Source: Gemmatimonadota bacterium
Lineage (GTDB): Bacteria; Gemmatimonadota; Gemmatimonadetes; Gemmatimonadales; GWC2-71-9
NCBI GenBank assembly: GCA_022562295.1
Contig: JADFPO010000001.1
Coordinates: 13,112 to 77,111, forward strand
Length of the DNA stretch: 64,000 bases
Direction of reading: 5' to 3'
Within the stretch, counting starts at the first letter, position 1; every line of letters starts with the position of its first letter. The notes under the pieces are model-generated. The model made no database searches, was not told the origin of the DNA, and was given only the letters and a program-made list of their open reading frames with translations. Positions 56,123 to 64,000 of the stretch are shown here, in pieces. The position numbers and the translations under genes were made by a program.

Positions 56123-56745
56123 GATCGACGCTCCCGCGACTACACATCGTCACGAACAATGAAATTGCCGACCTCCCCGACCTCGACCGTCGCGCCGCGG
56201 ACGCGGCTCGAGCCGCTCCCGTGGCATTTCATGCACGCACCACGAACCGCCCAGGCAGGGCACTGACCGACCTAGCCGAGCACTTGCGCGCCGCAACCCA
56301 CCCAGCGGGGTCGATGGTCTTCGTGAACGACCGTGCGGACGTGGCCCTGCTCGTCGAGGCCGACGGCGTGCATCTCCCCGCGGGAGGCCTTCCCGTTTCC
56401 GCGGTGCGCGCACTTCTTGGGTGCGATGTCTGGATCGGACGATCGGTGCATCACCCCGACGAAGCGCAGCGGGCCGCCGACGAGGGGGCGGACTACGTCT
56501 TTCTCGGACCGATCTGGGAAACACCCACCCATCCGCACCGCGAGGGCCTCGGTGTCGCCGCAATCGAGCGTGTGTCCTCCGTCGTGCGAGTCATCGCGAT
56601 CGGCGGCGTGACGGCGGCGCGGGTCGGTGACTGTGCGAGCGCCGGAGCATACGGGGTCGCCACGATCTCCGCTTTGTGGACGGCGGCCGATCCCGGTGCG
56701 GTCGCGGCCGAGATGTCGCTATTATTAGGGACACCCGACCCATGA
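56119..56745 (+). CDS. Thiamine-phosphate synthase family protein, copy 2 (ThiE or TenI-like)
   Basis: 208 aa: ..VFVNDRADVALLVEADGVHLP.., ..YVFLGPIWETPTHP.., ..VIAIGGVT... Sits directly upstream of thiS-thiG with 4-nt overlaps. Confidence 0.75.
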   Translation: MRSTLPRLHIVTNNEIADLPDLDRRAADAARAAPVAFHARTTNRPGRALTDLAEHLRAATHPAGSMVFVNDRADVALLVEADGVHLPAGGLPVSAVRALLGCDVWIGRSVHHPDEAQRAADEGADYVFLGPIWETPTHPHREGLGVAAIERVSSVVRVIAIGGVTAARVGDCASAGAYGVATISALWTAADPGAVAAEMSLLLGTPDP

Positions 56746-56954
56746 ATGTTTCCTTGAAGGTTACGGTCAACGGCGAGCCGAGGGAGATCGCGGCCGGATC
56801 GTCCCTCGACGATCTCTTGCGATCACTTGAGCTCGATCCGCGCATGGTGGTGGTAGAGCACAATCGCAGCATCGTACGGAGTCCGCACCTGAGAGAGAGA
56901 CGCCTCGAGGAGGGCGATCAGGTGGAACTCGTGCATTTCGTCGGTGGCGGCTGA
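56742..56954 (+). CDS. thiS: Sulfur-carrier protein ThiS
   Basis: ATG at 56742 (ATGA overlap) gives 70 aa: MNVSLKVTVNGEPREI..GDQVELVHFVGGG, with the C-terminal GG. Confidence 0.85.
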   Translation: MNVSLKVTVNGEPREIAAGSSLDDLLRSLELDPRMVVVEHNRSIVRSPHLRERRLEEGDQVELVHFVGGG

Positions 56955-56976
56955 CCACCCCAGAATTGACCTGGAC

Positions 56977-57774
56977 ATGACGACGACCGTCGACACCCAA
57001 ACGGACCCACCACTCGTTATCGGCACGCGCGCATTCCGGTCCCGGCTCATGGTCGGTACGGGGAAGTACCGGGACAACGCCACGATGGTACGCGCCATCG
57101 AGGCGTCACGCGCGGAGGTGGTTACGGTGGCGGTGCGTCGAGTGGATCTAAATCGGACCAAGCAGGACGGCATCCTCTATCACCTCGATCCCGATCGGTT
57201 CTTCCTGCTTGCCAACACTGCGGGATGCTTTACGGCCGACGAGGCCATTCGGTATGCCCGGCTCGGCCGCGAAGCCGGATTCAACGAGTTCGTGAAACTC
57301 GAGGTCATCGGAGACCGTGACACGTTGCTACCCGACACCGCTGGTCTCATAGAGGCAGCCGGCACCCTTGCGAAAGAGGGCTTTCAGGTAATGGCATATA
57401 CCAATGAAGACCTCATATCCGCGCTGCGCCTCGAGGACGCCGGCTGTGCCGCGGTCATGCCGCTCGCCTCACCGATCGGCAGTGGGCTTGGCCTGCTGAA
57501 TCCCTACCACATCCGGGTGATCAAGGAACGCCTGACCGTACCGGTCGTAGTTGATGCCGGGGTGGGCACCGCGTCCGACGCATGCGTCACAATGGAACAG
57601 GGTGTCGATGGAATCTTGATGAATACCGCGATCGCCGAGGCTCAAGATCCGGTCGCCATGGCACACGCCATGGGACTCGCGGTGGAGGCCGGCCGGGTGG
57701 CCTATCTCGCAGGCAGAATGCCGCGGCGGGAAATTGCGGTACCGTCCAGCCCTACGACCGGCCTTCTCGACTGA
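56977..57774 (+). CDS. thiG: Thiazole synthase ThiG
   Basis: ..LVIGTRAFRSRLMVGTGKY.., ..VMPLASPIGSGLG.., ..VVVDAGVGTASDA... Start placed at the ATG at 56977; the GTG at 56944 in the track is possible. Confidence 0.88.
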   Translation: MTTTVDTQTDPPLVIGTRAFRSRLMVGTGKYRDNATMVRAIEASRAEVVTVAVRRVDLNRTKQDGILYHLDPDRFFLLANTAGCFTADEAIRYARLGREAGFNEFVKLEVIGDRDTLLPDTAGLIEAAGTLAKEGFQVMAYTNEDLISALRLEDAGCAAVMPLASPIGSGLGLLNPYHIRVIKERLTVPVVVDAGVGTASDACVTMEQGVDGILMNTAIAEAQDPVAMAHAMGLAVEAGRVAYLAGRMPRREIAVPSSPTTGLLD

Positions 57775-57776
57775 GC

Positions 57777-59039
57777 GTGGCCACGGGCGCGGCATCGCGG
57801 GACGCAGCACTCGATATCCTGCGGGCGGTGCGAACCGGGCAGCGGTTCGACCGCGCCCTCGACACCATCCTCCCCCTTCTGCGCGACGCCGATCGACGCC
57901 TGGCTCACGAAATCGCGGCGGGAGTGCTGAGGGAGCGCACGGCTCTCGACCGGCGCATTGCCACATGCCTCACCAAGCCGCGCAAGAGGATGCCCGACGA
58001 CGTGCGCGACGTGCTGCGCATTGGGGTGTATCAACTCTCCTATCTCGACCGCGTCCCTCCCCATGCGGCAGTGCAGAGCGCGGTCGACCTCGCCAAGGAG
58101 CGGTGTGGTGAGCAATACGCCCCCTTCGTCAACGCGGTGCTCAGAAGCGTCACACGTGCGCACCCAACCGAGGGAACCCCCACGGCCGCACCGAGTAACG
58201 ACCTGGCGCAGCGATTTTCCCATCCCGAGTGGCTGGTTGACCGATGGATCGCACGTTTCGGACACGCCGACACGGAGTTGCTGCTGCGGCACAACAACAC
58301 GCCCCCCAAGCTGGTGATCCAGCCGGCCCGATGGACCGCGGCGACCCTGCAGTCGGCGCTGGCGGCGGCTGGTATAGACCATCAACCGGGCCCAATGGGG
58401 TACGGGTTCTCGGTCGGGCCCACGCGGGTGCGGGATCTCCCCGGTTACCTGGAGGGTGGATTCATCGTGCAGGACTCGGCGCAACGCCGCCTAGTGGACT
58501 ACATCGCCGCCCCGAGTGGGGCGCGGGTCTGGGATGCGTGCGCCGCGCCTGGAGGGAAGACGGCGGTACTCGCCCAGAGCTGCACCGTGGTAGCGTCAGA
58601 CCGATCGCGGGCCCGCCTCCACCGCCTCCATACAAACCTCGGTCGTGCTGCTCCAGGGGCACACACTGTGTGCGCCGACGCCCGATTCCCACCGGTGAAG
58701 CCGGGGGAGATCGACATCACCGTAATCGATGCCCCCTGCAGCGGCACCGGTACGATCGCGCGGCATCCCGACGCACGGTGGCGTTTGTCGCCGGAAAGCA
58801 TCTCAGAGCTGGCGCGGAGACAAGCGGAACTCCTCGAAGCGGCCACTGCCGCAGTGTTCCCCGGTAGACTCTTGGTGTATCTCACCTGCTCCCTGGAGGC
58901 CGACGAGAACGAACAACAGGTGGACGGGTTCCTGGATCACCACCGCGATTTCGGGCGAGAAACCGAAGACCTTTTCGTATACCCGTGGACGTCCGGCTCC
59001 GACGGTGGGTTCGGCGCACGCTTGAGGCGCGCCGCGTGA
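57777..59039 (+). CDS. rsmB: 16S rRNA (cytosine-C5) methyltransferase RsmB/Sun
   Basis: Track ORF trimmed to the in-frame GTG at 57777. It has a NusB-like N-domain, then ..VWDACAAPGGKT.. and ..DAPCSGTGTIARHPD... Confidence 0.85.
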   Translation: MATGAASRDAALDILRAVRTGQRFDRALDTILPLLRDADRRLAHEIAAGVLRERTALDRRIATCLTKPRKRMPDDVRDVLRIGVYQLSYLDRVPPHAAVQSAVDLAKERCGEQYAPFVNAVLRSVTRAHPTEGTPTAAPSNDLAQRFSHPEWLVDRWIARFGHADTELLLRHNNTPPKLVIQPARWTAATLQSALAAAGIDHQPGPMGYGFSVGPTRVRDLPGYLEGGFIVQDSAQRRLVDYIAAPSGARVWDACAAPGGKTAVLAQSCTVVASDRSRARLHRLHTNLGRAAPGAHTVCADARFPPVKPGEIDITVIDAPCSGTGTIARHPDARWRLSPESISELARRQAELLEAATAAVFPGRLLVYLTCSLEADENEQQVDGFLDHHRDFGRETEDLFVYPWTSGSDGGFGARLRRAA

Positions 59040-59833
59040 AAGTACGCCGACGCACTGCCACGGGGTTCACCTGGCCGCGCCTGAGCAAACTGCTTCCGGC
59101 GCGCTGGCATCCGAGCCCGCACGGACGAGACCGGAGATGGTTCATCGGCGCGTTCGCTACCGCGATGGTCCTCGGCTACCTGGTCGCGGCCGTCGCCCTC
59201 TTTCCGGCGCCGATCTTCACCGCCAGCACGACGGTGCCCAACTTGCTGGGACTCACCGAGCAGGAGGCCCTCGATCTGTTGGCAGACGGGGCGCTGACTG
59301 GCGGAGACATCGAGCGCGTCAACCATCCCTCGACCGAGAGCGGCAAGGTCGTGTGGCAGGACCCCCCACCAGGCATCGAGGTGCCCGAGGGAATCGCGGT
59401 GCAATTGTCGGTGAGCCAGGGAAAACATCTAGTCCCCGTGCCAGACGTGGCGAACTACACCGGCGAGCTCGCCGCGCTCCTCATCGAGTCCTCCGGACTC
59501 ACGGTTCGGGTGGAATCGATCCAGACTGCCGCTCCGCGTGGGCTCGCGGTCAACACGAGACCAGCCACCGGAACGACCAGACGTCCCGGGGATACCGTCA
59601 GGCTTCTCATCAGCGTGGGCGCCCCGACGATCGCGGTGCCGAACTTGCTAGGCCTGACTTTGGAGCAGGCGCTGGATACCTTGCAGGCGTTGGATTTGGC
59701 TATGGGCAATTTCACCGCGGGACGATCGCGAAGCCAGGAACCGGGAACGATCTTTCAACAGGCGCCGCCGGCGGGCACGCTCGCCGCGCCGGGAACGAGA
59801 GTCACCGGCTGGGTCGTGAGGCAGAATCGATGA
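59036..59833 (+). CDS. Membrane-anchored stand-alone PASTA-domain protein (3 PASTA repeats)
   Basis: GTG at 59036 (GTGA overlap with rsmB). One TM (WFIGAFATAMVLGYLVAAVALF), then three ~65-aa units each starting VPNLLGLT / VPDVANYT / VPNLLGLT and ending in a G..V.L..S pattern. No kinase or PBP domain. Confidence 0.75.
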   Translation: MKVRRRTATGFTWPRLSKLLPARWHPSPHGRDRRWFIGAFATAMVLGYLVAAVALFPAPIFTASTTVPNLLGLTEQEALDLLADGALTGGDIERVNHPSTESGKVVWQDPPPGIEVPEGIAVQLSVSQGKHLVPVPDVANYTGELAALLIESSGLTVRVESIQTAAPRGLAVNTRPATGTTRRPGDTVRLLISVGAPTIAVPNLLGLTLEQALDTLQALDLAMGNFTAGRSRSQEPGTIFQQAPPAGTLAAPGTRVTGWVVRQNR

Positions 59834-60510
59834 TGTCCAAAACCGTCCGTATCGCACCAAGCATTCTCAGCGCCGATCTACTCAAGCTCGCCGATCAGGT
59901 CGCGGAGGTGGAGGCCGCAGGCGCGGACTGGATCCACATCGATGTGATGGACGGTCGTTTCGTCCCCAACCTGACGTTTGGGGCGGGGATGATCGAGGCG
60001 GTCCGCCGCGTAACCGACCTGCCGCTCGACGTCCATCTGATGGTCCTGGAACCCGAGCAGTACATTGAACCGTTTGCTGAAGCGGGGGCGTCCGTTTTCA
60101 CGTTCCATCCCGAGGCGACCGTGCATGTCCAGCGACACCTCGCGGCGGTGCGGGCTCGTGATATGATGGCTGGTTTGGCGCTGAATCCCGGTACGCCTTT
60201 GGCCGCCCTGGAGGAGGTGTTGGATGACGTCGACCTGGTGCTGATCATGAGTGTCAACCCGGGGTTCCCCGCCCAGTCGTACATCGGGTCGGCGACCGCC
60301 AAGCTGGCGCGTGCCCGCGCCTTGCTGGACCGTCACGGTAGCGGGGCGGCCCTGGAAGTTGACGGCGGTATCTCGCCGCGGACGATTCGAGCAGCCCACG
60401 CTGCCGGAGCTGACACGTTTGTGGCCGGTTCTGCTATCTTTTCAGCATCCGATCCCGGGGCGGTGATCGGCGAACTTCGGGAACGTTGCAGAGAAGGAGT
60501 GCCAGTATGA
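59830..60510 (+). CDS. rpe: Ribulose-phosphate 3-epimerase
   Basis: Track ORF trimmed to the ATG at 59830 (ATGA overlap). MMSKTVRIAPSILSADLLKLADQV..DWIHIDVMDGRFVPNLTFG... Confidence 0.9.
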   Translation: MMSKTVRIAPSILSADLLKLADQVAEVEAAGADWIHIDVMDGRFVPNLTFGAGMIEAVRRVTDLPLDVHLMVLEPEQYIEPFAEAGASVFTFHPEATVHVQRHLAAVRARDMMAGLALNPGTPLAALEEVLDDVDLVLIMSVNPGFPAQSYIGSATAKLARARALLDRHGSGAALEVDGGISPRTIRAAHAAGADTFVAGSAIFSASDPGAVIGELRERCREGVPV

Positions 60511-61121
60511 GCGGCAATGGATCGAGGGGACAGTGGATCGCCGTCGGCGTCATCGTGACGATACTTGGAGCCGCGTTGACGATTGGCATGATGCTCTCTG
60601 AAGACATCTTTCAAATCCAGCCGGGGGCCAACGCACCCGACTTCAAGGCCGTGAACCTAGCCTCAGGCGACTCCGTTACGCTCGCCGACTACAAAGGTGA
60701 GGTGGTTCTGCTCAACCTTTGGGCGACTTGGTGCGCCCCGTGCCGCGTGGAGATGCCGTCCATGGAGCGGTTGTACCAGGAGCTTGGCCCGGAAGGACTC
60801 AAGATCGTGGCGGTGTCCGTCGACCAGATCAGCGGGGACAAAGTGATGGAATTCGCCAACGAGCTCGAACTGACTTTCGACATCTTGCACGACCGAAGCG
60901 GACAAATCGAGTTGGATTACCAGGCCACGGGGCTCCCCGAAACCCTGATTCTCGACCGGGAGGGAGTAATCGTTCACAAGGCGATCGGGCCGGTGGAGTG
61001 GGATGATCCGGTGCACAAAAACCGTTTCCGGCGGCTCCTGGAAACGAGCCGGCCGGACGAGCCGGCCGCAACGGCTTCCCGCCAGTCAGAGGGCACAAAG
61101 GCAGACGCTTCAGGAACCTGA
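60507..61121 (+). CDS. TlpA/ResA-like thiol-disulfide oxidoreductase (thioredoxin fold, membrane-anchored)
   Basis: ATG at 60507 (ATGA overlap with rpe). One TM, then ..VVLLNLWATWCAPCRVEMP.. (CxxC). Confidence 0.8.
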   Translation: MSGNGSRGQWIAVGVIVTILGAALTIGMMLSEDIFQIQPGANAPDFKAVNLASGDSVTLADYKGEVVLLNLWATWCAPCRVEMPSMERLYQELGPEGLKIVAVSVDQISGDKVMEFANELELTFDILHDRSGQIELDYQATGLPETLILDREGVIVHKAIGPVEWDDPVHKNRFRRLLETSRPDEPAATASRQSEGTKADASGT

Positions 61122-62025
61122 TGCGGCTCGGCATCCCAAGCCGGATCGGCTCCAATTGGCCAATCAAGGTGACGGCGCTGGGGCTGGCAATGGTGCTGTG
61201 GGCGGCGGTTTCGGCCGAACAGCCCACCACGCAGCTCGTGCCGATCCGACTCGACATTCAAACCCCCACGACGAAGACCCTGTTGCAGAGCGTCCCTATG
61301 ATCCGCGGTCTCTACGCGGGATCAGCCCGGGAACTGGACAAGTTGTCCTCTGCCCCGCCTTCCATCAGCAAGGTGATTCCCGACACGGTCACTGAGTCGT
61401 TCTTCACCATCAACCTCTCGCTGCAGGACGTATCGGTGACCTCGGACGCGGCCGTGGAACTACAAGACATCTTTCCGAGAAGCGTTGTAGTAGCGCTCGA
61501 CGAAGTGTTCAGCCGGCCGGTGCGGGTCGTGTCTCGGGTGGATGTTCGAGCGGCGTCCGGATACCGGCTGATGCGGTCGGCCGTTTCACCTGAGAGCGTC
61601 CTGGTGAGCGGCCCGAAGGCGCGAGTCGAGCGGATCGGGAGCGTGTTCACGATCCCCGCCCTATGGAACAACGTTCGGGATTCCATCCGTCGCACGGTCG
61701 CCATTGATACGTCGGCGTTCGGTGTGGTCCGGCTTTCCCAGTACGAAGTAGAGATCGACGCTCGGGTGGAACAGATCACCCAGCGGACATTCACCCAAGT
61801 TCCGGTGATCATCGCCGGGGGGGAGTGGGAAAGTATTCCGCCCACGGTCCAAGTCACCGTCACAGGTCCGCGGTCACGCCTAAACGCCATGACTACCGAC
61901 AGCCTGTCGGCCACCGCGCCCGCCGCTGCAGTCGAGGGCGACATGGTTCCGGTGAGTATCCGCGTGTCTCGCGGGCTTTCCGTCACATTCACTCCGGATT
62001 CGGTACAAGCGCAGCGGATCATCTT

Positions 62026-62029
<4 letters not shown>
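61121..62029 (+). CDS. YbbR-domain-containing protein
   Basis: 302 aa with an N-terminal TM (IKVTALGLAMVLWAAV) followed by repeated beta-rich ~80-aa units of the YbbR type. The family call is moderate. Confidence 0.6.
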
Positions 62030-63066
<1,037 letters not shown>

Positions 63067-63069
63067 CCA

Positions 63070-63936
63070 TTGACTGTTTACCCCTTGGTACTCCATCTCG
63101 GCCCGATCGAGATGACCGGATACGGCGTGATGCTCATGGTGGGCTTTCTCGTCGGCGGCTGGACGATCCAGCGGCAGCTTCGGAGCCGCGGATTGAACGA
63201 GGAAGCCGCTTCCGACATGGTCATGTGGGCTGTAGTGGGCGGCATTGTCGGAGCCAAAATCTGGTACGTCGTGCTCACCCAAGATCTCGGAGCCTTGTTG
63301 TCGCGTAGCGGGTTGGTGTGGTACGGGGGTTTTGTCGGCGGAGCGGCAGCAGTTTTCGTCAACGGGTTGCGTCAACGGATACCAGCCCGGTTAGCACTCG
63401 ACCTCGCCGCTCCTGCCCTCGCAGTCGGGTATGCCCTGGGACGTGTCGGATGTTTCCTGGTACAGGACGACTATGGAGTGCCGACCTCACTGCCCTGGGG
63501 CATGAAGTTTCCCGAGGGACTACCGCCCTCGACGGCACAGCGCCTGTTCACCGACTTCGGTGTCCCGATTCCTGACGGCGTGATCCCACTTGAGGTGCTC
63601 GCTGTGCATCCGACACAGCTCTATGAAGTGGCAGCGATGATGGTAGCGTTTTGGGCGTTGTGGCGTTTGCGGAACCATGCGCGCGGCACGGGGTGGCTCT
63701 TCGGCGTCTATTTGCTGTTCGCGGGCACCGAGCGGTTCCTGGTCGAGTTCATACGGGCCAAGGACGATCGCTTTCTGGCGGGGTTCACCATGGCGCAGCT
63801 CGCGAGCATTATCGTCACGATCGTTGGCGCTGCCTTCATGGCTCGATGGGCGAACCGGGACAAGGTGGTTGTTCCGGCCGATTCGGGAATCCGCAGAACC
63901 AACGCGCCGGGGCGCCGACGGACCAGCAGCAACTAA
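63070..63936 (+). CDS. lgt: Prolipoprotein diacylglyceryl transferase
   Basis: 288 aa, TTG start: ..IEMTGYGVMLMVGFLVG.., ..GRVGCFL.., ..HPTQLYE... Confidence 0.9.
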   Translation: MTVYPLVLHLGPIEMTGYGVMLMVGFLVGGWTIQRQLRSRGLNEEAASDMVMWAVVGGIVGAKIWYVVLTQDLGALLSRSGLVWYGGFVGGAAAVFVNGLRQRIPARLALDLAAPALAVGYALGRVGCFLVQDDYGVPTSLPWGMKFPEGLPPSTAQRLFTDFGVPIPDGVIPLEVLAVHPTQLYEVAAMMVAFWALWRLRNHARGTGWLFGVYLLFAGTERFLVEFIRAKDDRFLAGFTMAQLASIIVTIVGAAFMARWANRDKVVVPADSGIRRTNAPGRRRTSSN

Positions 63937-64000
63937 GTCAGGTCACCTCCCCCAACAAGATCACCACGGCGGCTGCGGTCGAGTCCGAGTGAGTCAGCGA

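Overview
This is 64 kb of high-GC bacterial chromosome, roughly two-thirds G+C by eye. The organism looks diderm: the window has lgt, lipobox lipoproteins, an outer-membrane beta-barrel, an MsbA-like exporter and a PBP1A. An FCB-group/Gemmatimonadota-like origin is only an impression and cannot be verified here.

I call 61 CDS plus one frameshifted pseudogene. I found no rRNA, tRNA, CRISPR array, transposase or integrase. All function calls come from reading motifs in the supplied translations; no database was searched.

Most of the window is housekeeping:
- tal-plsC-kinase, and an Fe(3+) ABC importer
- rho-ruvX-mltG, thiE, aroH, tdh-kbl
- argR/argG/argH with a clear promoter plus ARG box
- PBP1A, tyrS, and yebC-ruvCAB
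- a long, translationally coupled plus-strand gene string: queA-tgt-yajC-def-fmt-thiE/tenI-thiS-thiG-rsmB-PASTA-rpe-tlpA-ybbR-tsaD-lgt

The stand-out accessory locus is a six-gene minus-strand operon at 9136-18332, joined mostly by 4-nt start/stop overlaps. It encodes a TPR + CsgG-like lipoprotein, an outer-membrane beta-barrel, two lipoproteins carrying cohesin-like modules, and two large secreted proteins. Each secreted protein combines a cohesin-like module, a duplicated Ca-loop dockerin, a Big_2 domain and an effector domain (beta-helix or NIDO-like). I read this as a candidate cohesin/dockerin cell-surface assembly system with its own export and anchor components.

Other items worth a second look:
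- a 78-aa lysine-rich histone-H1-like gene built from a 30-bp tandem repeat, next to a 660-bp AT-rich intergenic region
- a tandem paralog pair in which one copy is frameshifted
- a NYN + 2xLOTUS protein with a roughly 300-aa basic tail
- a REC-PglZ (PorX-like) regulator abutting an ABC exporter
- a DnaB protein with only the C-terminal domain
- a stand-alone PASTA protein
- a free DHp/H-box mini-protein, coupled to a 97-aa unknown
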